Part shown: positions 1 through 8,338 of the stretch, one piece after another | How the letters are laid out: each line of letters begins with the position of its first letter | How positions within the stretch are numbered: the stretch's first letter is position 1 | Translations under genes and position numbers: made by a program | From: an uncultured bacterium | GTDB lineage: Bacteria; CAIJMQ01 | Reading direction: 5' to 3' | NCBI GenBank assembly: GCA_964573245.1 | Contig: CAZNJA010000028.1 | Location: 1,805-16,695 of the forward strand | DNA length: 14,891 nucleotides | Notes under the pieces: generated by a model | Told to the model about the DNA's origin: nothing | Database searches by the model: none | Seen by the model: only the letters and a program-made list of their open reading frames with translations

Positions 1-56
1 TGACCACCGACAGCGATTATTATAAGTATCTAAAAACTATGGGGGATATGAAATAG
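1..56 (+). CDS. 3' end of an upstream gene, probably protease modulator HflC (partial)
   Basis: The frame starting at 3 reads TTDSDYYKYLKTMGDMK* (TAG 54-56). This resembles the HflC C-terminal pattern (L-S/T-T-D-S-D/E-F/Y-Y/F-K-Y-L). Only 17 codons are visible. Confidence 0.5.
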   Translation, partial: TTDSDYYKYLKTMGDMK

Positions 57-74
57 CATAGCAAGATTATTAAA

Positions 75-121
75 TCCCGTTAGAAAAAATTTTCTAAATG
101 GGACATTTTCTAAATGGGACA
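75..121. repeat. Intergenic imperfect palindrome whose right arm is tandemly duplicated (16 bp x2)
   Basis: Left arm TCCCGTTAGAAAA (75-87) can pair with TTTTCTAAATGGGA (90-103). ATTTTCTAAATGGGAC occurs exactly twice in tandem (89-104 and 105-120). Confidence 0.8.
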
Positions 122-236
122 AAGGTAATAAGCAGATTTTGCAAGAAAATCATCTTTTGGTAACTATTTAGAGATTTTCAGTGGTTAGGAAAGTTTTATA
201 TTTTCCTATACCATAAAAATTTTAGAGGGAGGGATT

Positions 237-1295
237 ATGTATCTAGAAATACTCGAATATGTTTTTTGGGGAAATAGGATTTTGGATTATCTGATAGCCT
301 GCATAACGTTAGCGGCGGGGTTTCTCATTATCAATATCGTTATACGTTATTTTGTAAAACGCCTTAAAAGAGTTGCAGAGAAAACGGCTTCAACGATAGA
401 CGACTTTTTTATAAGCGTACTTGAGAAAATCGGCGTTCCTTTTTTATTTCTTCTTGTCGTTTATATCTCTATAAAAAGCCTTGCATTTCACCCTTATTTT
501 GAAAAAGGCTTGAACTATTTTGCGTTGGCAGTTGTACTCGTATTCTCCGCTCGTTTTATTACGATACTTATAGGATATAGTTTAAAAACATATTTGGCTA
601 AAAGCGGTGATGATACGGCTCTTGAACGTAGTCTTAAAGGTATATTGATAATAACAAAGGTGTTGGTCTGGGGAGGAGTGGTTATTTTCTTTTTAGATAA
701 TCTCGGTATTAAAATCACAGCGGTTGTAGCTGGTTTAGGTATAGGCGGTGTGGCTGTGGCATTGGCTGCTCAGGCAATCCTAAAAGACTTGTTCAGTTAT
801 TTTGCCATAATTTTCGACCATCCTTTCAAAGTCGGGGATTTTATTATCATAGACGATTATCTTGGAACGATTGAATATATCGGCATCAAGACAACGCGCA
901 TACGTAGTTTGGGCGGAGAGATGTTAGTGTTTTCGAATTCCGACCTTACAGATTCACGACTTCGCAATTATAAACTGATGGAAAGACGGCGGGTTGTGTT
1001 CAAATTAGGAGTTGTATATCAAACGCCTCTTGAAAAGTTAAAGGAAATACCCAAAATCATAGAAAATATCATAAAAACCACCAAAGATACTGTTTTTGAC
1101 CGAGCTCACTTTTTTTCTTATGGCGATTTCAGTTTGATTTTTGAGATTGTATATTACGTTCTTGGACCTGATTATAATAAGTATATGGACGTTCAACAGG
1201 AAATCAATTTTCGTCTTAAAGAAGAATTCGGAAAAAGAGGGATTGAATTCGCTTATCCTACTCAAACTCTTTATATAGATAAAGCAGAGTCTTAA
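237..1295 (+). CDS. mscS: Small-conductance mechanosensitive channel, MscS family
   Basis: 352 aa with several N-terminal TM helices, a Gly/Ala-rich pore helix AGLGIGGVAVALAAQ, and the motifs PFKVGDFI, GTIEYIGIKTTRIRS and C-terminal GIEFAYPT. SD-like GAGGGAGG lies upstream. Confidence 0.93.
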   Translation: MYLEILEYVFWGNRILDYLIACITLAAGFLIINIVIRYFVKRLKRVAEKTASTIDDFFISVLEKIGVPFLFLLVVYISIKSLAFHPYFEKGLNYFALAVVLVFSARFITILIGYSLKTYLAKSGDDTALERSLKGILIITKVLVWGGVVIFFLDNLGIKITAVVAGLGIGGVAVALAAQAILKDLFSYFAIIFDHPFKVGDFIIIDDYLGTIEYIGIKTTRIRSLGGEMLVFSNSDLTDSRLRNYKLMERRRVVFKLGVVYQTPLEKLKEIPKIIENIIKTTKDTVFDRAHFFSYGDFSLIFEIVYYVLGPDYNKYMDVQQEINFRLKEEFGKRGIEFAYPTQTLYIDKAES

Positions 1296-1360
1296 TCTTT
1301 TAAAATTTAAGTTTTTCCTGCAGGATAAATAAAGTCTAAATATTAAAGAGGCCTCAATGT

Positions 1361-1651
1361 TTGTATTGTCTAATCGCTGTTGCGCATATTTTGGGTTTGG
1401 CGCTTACTGTATTGTATTGGCTGGTGCTTGTGCGCGCATTGGTCAGCTGGGTAAACCCCGACCCTTATAATTTTATTGTGCAGTTTTTATATAAAACTAC
1501 CGAGCCGATACTTGAACCGATAAGAAGAGTTTTGCCTGCGGGAGTAAGGTTTGGGATTGATATTTCGCCCATAATAGCGTTTATTGCGATTTTGTTTGTT
1601 AAAATGTTTTTGGTTCAAACCCTTTTGGATTTAGCAGTTAGGGTAAAATAA
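1361..1651 (+). CDS. yggT: YggT family membrane protein (5' end uncertain, possible frameshift relative to ATG at 1357)
   Basis: Motifs RALVSWVNPDPYN, TEPILEPIRR and IDISPIIA are typical of YggT. The open frame starts at TTG 1361, while an out-of-frame ATG at 1357 encodes MFVLSN. Confidence 0.85.
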   Translation: MYCLIAVAHILGLALTVLYWLVLVRALVSWVNPDPYNFIVQFLYKTTEPILEPIRRVLPAGVRFGIDISPIIAFIAILFVKMFLVQTLLDLAVRVK

Positions 1652-1667
1652 ACGAAGGAGGTACGCC

Positions 1668-2912
1668 ATGATTAAAAAATTGTTTGTTGCGGTTATTTTT
1701 TTAGTTGTTATTTTTCCTCTTTTTGTCCATGCGAATGAACAAGTTAAAATCACTTTCCTGTGGTGGCCTGATCCCGGCGGTGGTTTTGAGGAAGTTATCA
1801 GTGACTTTGAGAGGGAAAATCCCGATATCAGGGTGGAAATGGTCAAGGGGCCCACTTCTACAGATACAAGAGAGATGATGTATGTTACAAGCTTTTTGAC
1901 GGGAAGGGGAGGATACGATATGGTGCTGATGGATATCGTTTGGCTTCCCAAGTTTGCCAAACAAGGGTGGCTTGTTCCTTTGGATGAATGGTTTGGCAAA
2001 GAAGAAAAAAATGAGTTTTTGCCGGGAGATATAGAAGGCAGCATTTATGAGGGGAAGACATACAGAGTACCGCTACAAACGGATGCAGGCATTTTGTATT
2101 ATCGCAAAGACCTGTTGGAGAAGAATGAATACTCTGCTCCGAAAACCTGGAAACAGTTCGTTAAGATTGCCAAAGAATTGCAAGATAAACCCAATATTTG
2201 GGGATTTGTTTTCCAGGGCAAACAATACGAAGGACTGGTCTGTAATTTCCTGGAAATTTTGTGGTCTTTCGGAGGGGATATATTCGACGATGAAGGCAAT
2301 TTGATTTTAAATTCCAGGGAAGGAGCCGAATCCTTAAAATTTATGTATGATTTAATACATACTCATAAAATTACTCCCGAAGGCGTAATCACGTATGAAG
2401 AAGAAGAAACAAGGCATATTTTCCAAGAAGGGAAAGCCGTATTTTGCCGTAATTGGCCGTATATGTGGAAATTGGCTCAAGAAGAAAAATCACCTGTTAG
2501 AGGGAAAATAGGCATGAGTGTTTTGCCGAGCAAAGAAGGGATACAATCCCATTCCACTCTTGGCGGTTGGGGTTTTGGTATTTCAGAATTTTCAGAAAAT
2601 AAAAAGGATTGCATCAGATTTATAAAATATATTACAAGTTATGAAGCACAAAAGAAATTACATTTCAAAAGCGGCATTGTTCCTACCAGGAAAGCCCTTT
2701 TTAAAGATAAGGATATATTAAAACGAAATCCTTTTTATTCGGATCTTTATCAGATTTTACTTTCGGCGAAACCAAGACCGGTCTACCCCGATTATTCGCA
2801 AATATCCGATGTGTTAAGACGATTTATTCATAGGGTTTTATTAGGAGAACTCGAGGCTGAAAAAGCGTTGCAGGAAGCGGAGTCGGAAATTAAAGGAATA
2901 TTGGAGAAATAA
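1668..2912 (+). CDS. Sugar ABC transporter substrate-binding protein, trehalose/maltose-binding (TMBP/ThuE-like)
   Basis: Sec signal peptide (MIKK, hydrophobic core, VHA-N) without a lipobox Cys. Motifs DIVW, LYYRKDLL, QYEGLVCN, RNWPY and TLGGWG match the trehalose/maltose-binding subfamily. SD AAGGAGGT at 1655-1662. Confidence 0.88.
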   Translation: MIKKLFVAVIFLVVIFPLFVHANEQVKITFLWWPDPGGGFEEVISDFERENPDIRVEMVKGPTSTDTREMMYVTSFLTGRGGYDMVLMDIVWLPKFAKQGWLVPLDEWFGKEEKNEFLPGDIEGSIYEGKTYRVPLQTDAGILYYRKDLLEKNEYSAPKTWKQFVKIAKELQDKPNIWGFVFQGKQYEGLVCNFLEILWSFGGDIFDDEGNLILNSREGAESLKFMYDLIHTHKITPEGVITYEEEETRHIFQEGKAVFCRNWPYMWKLAQEEKSPVRGKIGMSVLPSKEGIQSHSTLGGWGFGISEFSENKKDCIRFIKYITSYEAQKKLHFKSGIVPTRKALFKDKDILKRNPFYSDLYQILLSAKPRPVYPDYSQISDVLRRFIHRVLLGELEAEKALQEAESEIKGILEK

Positions 2913-2975
2913 GAAATAAAATCTATTTAGTTCGCAGAAAGATAAATTTGCAGCGAAAATATAAACAAAGGGAAA

Positions 2976-3851
2976 ATGTTCCAAAGATATATTAACGAGC
3001 AGAAATTCGGGTTAATCCTAATTCTACCCTCGCTTATTATTTTGGGTGTGGTGGCATTGTATCCGCTTTTTAGGAATCTGCTGTTAAGTTTCATGGGAAA
3101 TGACGGGCAATTTATTGGTTTAAATAATTTTTCGCTTTTATTCCAAGATGGAAGGTTTAAAAGGAGTTTTCTCAACACTTTGCTCATCAGCGGGATTTCT
3201 GTTCCTATTCAGTTGTTTTTGGGTTTACTTTTTGCCGTAATTCTCCACAAAAATTTTTTTGGCAGAGAAGTTGTCCGCACAGCGGTTTTTTTACCTTGGG
3301 CTTTGCCTACGGCTATTATAGCCGTAACGTGGAAGTGGATATTCAATGATTTTTACGGAGTATTCAATGATATTCTGTTAAGGCTTAATTTGATAAATGA
3401 GCCTTTAGCTTGGTTGGGCAGGCCAAATTTGGCGTTTTTTTGTATCATATTTGCCGAAGTATGGAAGTGCACACCTTTTGTCGTGGTAATTCTTCTTGCA
3501 GGTTTGCAGTCGATTCCTTTAGAACTTTATGAAGCGATAAGCGTGGATGGCGCAAACGCTTGGCAAAATTTTAAATTGGTAACTCTGCCTTTATTAAAGC
3601 CGGCTCTTCTTGTAGCTTTAATTTTCCGTAGTATTCAAACATTTGGCATATTCGACTCAATCTGGATTTTGACTGGAGGCGGCCCCGGAGGCTCGACAGA
3701 ATCAATATCTTTATACATCTATGATACTGTATTTAGATATTTGAAATTTAATTATGGGGCAACTTTGGTGATATTTAATTTTATGGTCTCTTTGATTTTT
3801 GTTCTTATTGTTTACTATATATTCGGAAGGAGAGGGCAATTTGAGTATTGA
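2976..3851 (+). CDS. Carbohydrate ABC transporter permease (MalF/UgpA-like)
   Basis: Six predicted TM segments, FIGLNNF, LPWALP, EAA loop LQSIPLELYEAISVDGA, and TGGGPGGST. Confidence 0.92.
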   Translation: MFQRYINEQKFGLILILPSLIILGVVALYPLFRNLLLSFMGNDGQFIGLNNFSLLFQDGRFKRSFLNTLLISGISVPIQLFLGLLFAVILHKNFFGREVVRTAVFLPWALPTAIIAVTWKWIFNDFYGVFNDILLRLNLINEPLAWLGRPNLAFFCIIFAEVWKCTPFVVVILLAGLQSIPLELYEAISVDGANAWQNFKLVTLPLLKPALLVALIFRSIQTFGIFDSIWILTGGGPGGSTESISLYIYDTVFRYLKFNYGATLVIFNFMVSLIFVLIVYYIFGRRGQFEY

Positions 3852-4710
3852 AAAACAATGGCAAAGCGGTATATGGCGCAAAATACAAGTGCTATTTTTC
3901 TATGTGCTGATAGTTTTCATAATATTTTTTCATTTAGGTCCGTTCTTGTGGCAAGTGATAAGTTCCTTAAAGAATGCAAGCGAAATTTATTCTCTGCCCA
4001 TAAAATATTTCCCTTCTCGGATTTCCTTGGATGCTTATGAATATTTGATGACAGACTCCGTATTCTTAAAAAATTTCTTCAACAGTATAACCGTTTCCTT
4101 GGCGACGACTCTTATCTGTTTGATTTTTGCGACAGTATCGGCTTATTCTTTAAGCAGACTCAATCTGAAGTTCAAAAACGTATTACAATTGTTATTGTTA
4201 CTGGTTTGCCTGTTCCCTCAAATAATTTTTCTTGTCCCGCTTTATGAGTTCATGGCAAAATTTAATTTTATCGATAAACCCTTGGCTCTTGTTCTTCCTT
4301 ATGTCACATTCAGCTTGCCTTTGGCTATTTGGATAATGGCCGGATTTTTCCAGACCATCCCTAAGGAGTTGGAAGAGCAGGCAATGATAGATGGTTTTTC
4401 CCGAATAAAAATACTTTGGAAAATAATTTTACCTTTGTCTTGGCCAGCGTTGGCAACTTGCGCAATACTTATATTTATCGGGCCTTTTGCATGGAATGAA
4501 TTTCTTTTTGCTTTATCTTTTATGACAAAGGATGTATCTCGCACAGTGCCTGTGGGAATTGCTCTTTTAAGCGGAGCGTCGATGTATGAAGTTCCATGGA
4601 GTAGGATATGCGCTGCCTGTGTTTTAGCCACGCTGCCTTTAATTATATTTGTTGTTCTGTTTCAGCGGAAGATAATAACCGGTTTGACTCGCGGCGCCGT
4701 TAAAGGATAA
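3841..4710 (+). CDS. Carbohydrate ABC transporter permease (MalG/UgpE-like)
   Basis: EAA loop FFQTIPKELEEQAMIDG, AWNEFLFA, and C-terminal FQRKIITGLTRGAVKG. The start was moved from 3799 to the in-frame TTG 3841, which has SD AAGGAG at 3827-3832 and overlaps the previous gene by 11 nt. Confidence 0.9.
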   Translation: MSIEKQWQSGIWRKIQVLFFYVLIVFIIFFHLGPFLWQVISSLKNASEIYSLPIKYFPSRISLDAYEYLMTDSVFLKNFFNSITVSLATTLICLIFATVSAYSLSRLNLKFKNVLQLLLLLVCLFPQIIFLVPLYEFMAKFNFIDKPLALVLPYVTFSLPLAIWIMAGFFQTIPKELEEQAMIDGFSRIKILWKIILPLSWPALATCAILIFIGPFAWNEFLFALSFMTKDVSRTVPVGIALLSGASMYEVPWSRICAACVLATLPLIIFVVLFQRKIITGLTRGAVKG

Positions 4711-4716
4711 TTTGTT

Positions 4717-5793
4717 ATGGCAGATCTTAAATTGGAAAATGTAACCAAAATTTTCGATAAACATGCAATTGGGCTGAAAGATTTTTCCATTGAAGTAAAA
4801 AACGGCGAGTTTTTTACGGTTTTAGGGCCTTCGGGCAGCGGAAAATCTACTGTTCTAAGAATTATTGCCGGCTTGGAAAAACAGAATGGAGGCAATATAC
4901 TTATAGATGGGATAAATGTTAATGAATCCCCGCCTCAACAAAGAAACGTCTCCTTTGTATTCCAAAATTATGCCTTGTATCCTCATATGAATGTCTATGA
5001 AAATATCGCTGTGGGGTTGAGGATAAAACATTATTCTACTGAAGAGATACATAGTAGAATTAAGGATGTGGCTAAATTGTTGGAAATTTCCGAACTCTTG
5101 AAAAGGAAACCCAAAGCATTAAGTGGCGGACAACGTCAGCGCGTTGCTTTGGCGCGTGCTATAGCTAAAAGGCCCAATATTTTTCTTCTGGACGAACCGC
5201 TTTCTAATCTTGACGCATTGTTGAGGGAAAGAATGCGAACAGAATTGAAATTGCTTTTCAAACAATTGAAAACCACGGTTATTTATGTAACGCATGACCA
5301 GCAGGAAGCAATAAGTTTATCTGATAGAATTGCTCTTATTGACAAGGGGACGATTAAGCAAATAGGTTCTTATGAAAAGTTGTATTATGAACCAAACAGT
5401 CTTTTTGTCGCTTCTTTCTTGGGAAGTCCCCATATTAATACTTTTGAAGTTGCTATTGAAGAAAGAGCTTTCGTTTTTGGTGCCTCAAAATGGGAAATAT
5501 CTTCGGATTATTTGCCGAGAATAAAAGGCCGCAAAAAAGTTATGATTGGAATTCGCCCTGAAGATGTGCGTGTGTATCTTGAGCCTGATACAAATCGTTT
5601 TCCTGTGGAATTTTTGGAAGTCGAAAAAATGGGCAAGTATGTTGTGTTGAATTTGAAATGGCGTAACGAAATTCTAAAGGCGGTTGTCGAAAAAAAATTA
5701 CTTGAAGGGATTAGAAAAGAAGACAGTCTTTGGATTAACTTCGATGAAAAAACTTTGCAACTTTTTGATACGCACAACTATCTATCGTTGTAG
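4717..5793 (+). CDS. Sugar ABC transporter ATP-binding subunit (MalK/UgpC family)
   Basis: Walker A GPSGSGKS, Q-loop VFQNYALYPHM, signature LSGGQRQR, Walker B LLDEPLSNLD, H-loop YVTHDQ, and a C-terminal TOBE region with GIRPED. Confidence 0.95.
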   Translation: MADLKLENVTKIFDKHAIGLKDFSIEVKNGEFFTVLGPSGSGKSTVLRIIAGLEKQNGGNILIDGINVNESPPQQRNVSFVFQNYALYPHMNVYENIAVGLRIKHYSTEEIHSRIKDVAKLLEISELLKRKPKALSGGQRQRVALARAIAKRPNIFLLDEPLSNLDALLRERMRTELKLLFKQLKTTVIYVTHDQQEAISLSDRIALIDKGTIKQIGSYEKLYYEPNSLFVASFLGSPHINTFEVAIEERAFVFGASKWEISSDYLPRIKGRKKVMIGIRPEDVRVYLEPDTNRFPVEFLEVEKMGKYVVLNLKWRNEILKAVVEKKLLEGIRKEDSLWINFDEKTLQLFDTHNYLSL

Positions 5794-5819
5794 CTGTTGA
5801 TTATAATTTATTACATTTT

Positions 5820-5848
5820 TTGCAGTAGTCCTTAATAGGAACTATAAT
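5820..5848 (+). promoter_or_regulatory. Sigma70-type promoter for the CBS-antiporter-otsB-DUF5752-treT operon
   Basis: TTGCAG (5820-5825), 17 bp spacer, perfect TATAAT (5843-5848). SD AAGGAG at about 5867-5872 precedes ATG 5880. Confidence 0.65.
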
Positions 5849-5879
5849 AAGAGTATTAAACAAACCAAGGAGCAAGTTT

Positions 5880-6347
5880 ATGCAGGTAAAAGAAGTAATG
5901 GAGAAAAAAGTTATTGCTGTAAAGCAATCTACATCTCTTAAAGAACTTTTGAAGATATTTGCTAAATTTCATCTATTTCCTTTAGTACCTGTCATTGATG
6001 ATGACAATCGCTTAATCGGTGTGATTTCTTTTAAGAATCTTGTTAATGCACTTCAGCCATCTGAACCAGAGATGTTGAAAGCTATCCCTTTTCTGGATGA
6101 TAGAAAAGAAGATATATTTAAGATGGAAATATCTGAAGAAGTAGGTAATTTAGTTATTGTCGATGATATTATGGAAACAAAGGTTATTTCTATACACGAG
6201 GATGCCTCTTTAGAAGAAGCTTATAAGCTTGCGAGATTACATCTTAAAGATGAATTCCCAGTTATTGATAATATGGGTAAATTAGTAGGTATAATTGGTG
6301 TATTTGACATAGTTCGAGAAGTTTTTAGGCAGAAGGGTATTATTTAA
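5880..6347 (+). CDS. Stand-alone tandem CBS-domain protein
   Basis: Two CBS repeats: VKEVMEKKVIAV..VPVIDDDNRLIGVIS and VDDIMETKVISI..FPVIDNMGKLVGIIGVFDI. Its stop overlaps the next start (TAATG). Confidence 0.9.
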   Translation: MQVKEVMEKKVIAVKQSTSLKELLKIFAKFHLFPLVPVIDDDNRLIGVISFKNLVNALQPSEPEMLKAIPFLDDRKEDIFKMEISEEVGNLVIVDDIMETKVISIHEDASLEEAYKLARLHLKDEFPVIDNMGKLVGIIGVFDIVREVFRQKGII

Positions 6348-7528
6348 TGAACACAATTTTAGGGCTCGGTTTTATTTTAGTTGTAGGTTTATTTTCGGCA
6401 AGGCTGATAAATAAGATTAAATTTCCTGCAGTAACCGCCTATCTTTTATTAGGTATTCTTATCGGACCTTCAATTCTAAATCTAACCTCACCAGAACTAA
6501 TTAATTCCTCAGGTTTTATCTCCAATATTGTCTTAGGTCTTATCGCATTTGGTCTGGGTCAAAGTTTTACTCGTAAGTTCTTTCGTAATATTGGCCGATC
6601 AGTGCTTTGGATTTCTATATTGGAGGCAGTCTTACCTTGGGTTCTTGTAACCTTAAGTTTCTTTTTTATATTTAAGCAGCCTTTTTATGTGGCTCTTTTG
6701 TTTGGAGCGATTGCCTCCGCTACCGCACCAGCAGCAACAGTTATGGTTGTGCGTGAGTATAAGGCTAAAGGTAAATTCACAGATATACTTTTAGGTGTGG
6801 TAGCCATAGATGATGCTTGGTGTTTAATCATCTTTGCCTTGTCTTTAACCATCTCTAAGGCACTCGCCTTTCACGCATCAAATACTTTTATATTTAAGGT
6901 TATATTTCATTCCTTAATAGAAATAATCGGTGCCCTAATACTCGGTGGGTTAATTGCTTGTTTTGCCACCCTATTTTCTAAATTAATACGTACCCAAACA
7001 GAACTTCTTATTTATACCTTAGGATTTATATTATTAACTACAGGATTGGCTATATCATTGCATCTCTCTGTTCTATTAGCGAATATGTTTTTGGGCACAG
7101 TCTTGGTAAATATTAAAAAATCAAATTTTGAATTCTTTGATATTTTAAAACTGATTGATTCGCCCTTGTATCTACTCTTTTTCGTTCTTGTGGGAGCAAA
7201 CCTAGAGATAGGATTATTAAAAGGAATAGGTATAGCTGGAATAATCTATATTTTCTTTCGAACAACGGGGAAAACTGTGGGTTCTATATGGGGTGGATAT
7301 ATTGTTAAGGTAGAAGATAGAATAAGAAGGTATCTTGGATTGGGCCTGCTTCCTCAGGCTGGTGTTGCTTTAGGTTGTGCCCTTATTGCCAAAAATGATT
7401 TTCCAAATGTTGGGAGTATGATTTTTACTACTATTGTTGCTACTACAATTATTTATGAATTAGTTGGACCCTTGTGTACCAAATACGCATTACAGAAGGC
7501 GGGAGATGTACTTATTGAGCACCACTAA
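6347..7528 (+). CDS. Cation:proton antiporter, CPA2 family
   Basis: About 12-13 TM helices, PAVTAYLLLGILIGPS, ASATAPAA, VVAIDDAW (DD motif), FFVLVGA, RTTGK and LLPQAGVALG. No C-terminal RCK domain. Confidence 0.88.
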   Translation: MNTILGLGFILVVGLFSARLINKIKFPAVTAYLLLGILIGPSILNLTSPELINSSGFISNIVLGLIAFGLGQSFTRKFFRNIGRSVLWISILEAVLPWVLVTLSFFFIFKQPFYVALLFGAIASATAPAATVMVVREYKAKGKFTDILLGVVAIDDAWCLIIFALSLTISKALAFHASNTFIFKVIFHSLIEIIGALILGGLIACFATLFSKLIRTQTELLIYTLGFILLTTGLAISLHLSVLLANMFLGTVLVNIKKSNFEFFDILKLIDSPLYLLFFVLVGANLEIGLLKGIGIAGIIYIFFRTTGKTVGSIWGGYIVKVEDRIRRYLGLGLLPQAGVALGCALIAKNDFPNVGSMIFTTIVATTIIYELVGPLCTKYALQKAGDVLIEHH

Positions 7529-7533
7529 AATAT

Positions 7534-8334
7534 ATGAAAAATCTTTTTAAGTACTGGGATAATTTTAAAAAAGAATTAAGCAATAAATATATTATGCTAT
7601 TTTTGGACTATGATGGAACAATTGTTCCAATTGTAGATGAGCCTGATAAAGCAGTTGTTAGCAAGGAAACAAAAAATTTATTGGCGGAATTATTAAAACT
7701 ATGCGGTTTTAGATTAATTATTATAAGTGGTAGAGGTTTGAAGTATATAAAAAATAAGATAGGTTTAAAGGACATCATTTATATCGGAAATCATGGTTTT
7801 GAAATAGAAGGTCCAAATATCAACTTTAAAAAACCGGTTTCAATAAGGTATAAAACAATACTTAAAAAAATAAAAAATGAATTAAAAAGAAAAGTGGCTT
7901 ATGTTAAAGGTGTTTTCATTGAAGATAAAGGGCTTTCATTAAGTCTTCATTATCGCATGGTAGATAAGAAAGAAGTTCACTTGGTGAAGAATATTTTTTG
8001 TGAGATCACAAATTCTTATTTATTAAAGAATAGCATTAAGGTAAAAAATGGGAAGAAGTTGCTTGAGGTAAGACCGGTTGAAGATTGGGATAAAGGTAAG
8101 GCAGTATTGTGGCTGTTATCCAGACGGAAATTTATTTTGAAAGATGATAAAATACTTCCCATTTATATTGGCGATGATATAACAGACGAAGATGCTTTTA
8201 AAGCGCTAAAAAATCAAGGAACAAGTATCTTTGTCGGGAGGCCCAAGAAATCTTACGCAAATTTTTACCTTAAGAACACTGAAGAAGTAAAAAAGTTTTT
8301 GGTTAAGGTTTTACGATTATTAACCCCGGAATAA
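7534..8334 (+). CDS. otsB: Trehalose-6-phosphate phosphatase (HAD IIB)
   Basis: HAD motif I FLDYDGT, motif II ISGR, GNHGFE, SLHYR, EVRP..WDKGKA, and motif IV YIGDDITDEDAF. Confidence 0.9.
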   Translation: MKNLFKYWDNFKKELSNKYIMLFLDYDGTIVPIVDEPDKAVVSKETKNLLAELLKLCGFRLIIISGRGLKYIKNKIGLKDIIYIGNHGFEIEGPNINFKKPVSIRYKTILKKIKNELKRKVAYVKGVFIEDKGLSLSLHYRMVDKKEVHLVKNIFCEITNSYLLKNSIKVKNGKKLLEVRPVEDWDKGKAVLWLLSRRKFILKDDKILPIYIGDDITDEDAFKALKNQGTSIFVGRPKKSYANFYLKNTEEVKKFLVKVLRLLTPE

Positions 8335-8338
8335 AACA

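Noticed and set aside
75..121. CRISPR-like repeat interpretation of the 16-bp duplication (and of the heptamer array at 10750-10823)
   Set aside because: The units are too short, directly adjacent with no unique spacers, and no cas genes are present.
139..167. Promoter for mscS (TTGCAA at 139-144)
   Set aside because: No convincing -10 hexamer at 16-18 bp spacing.
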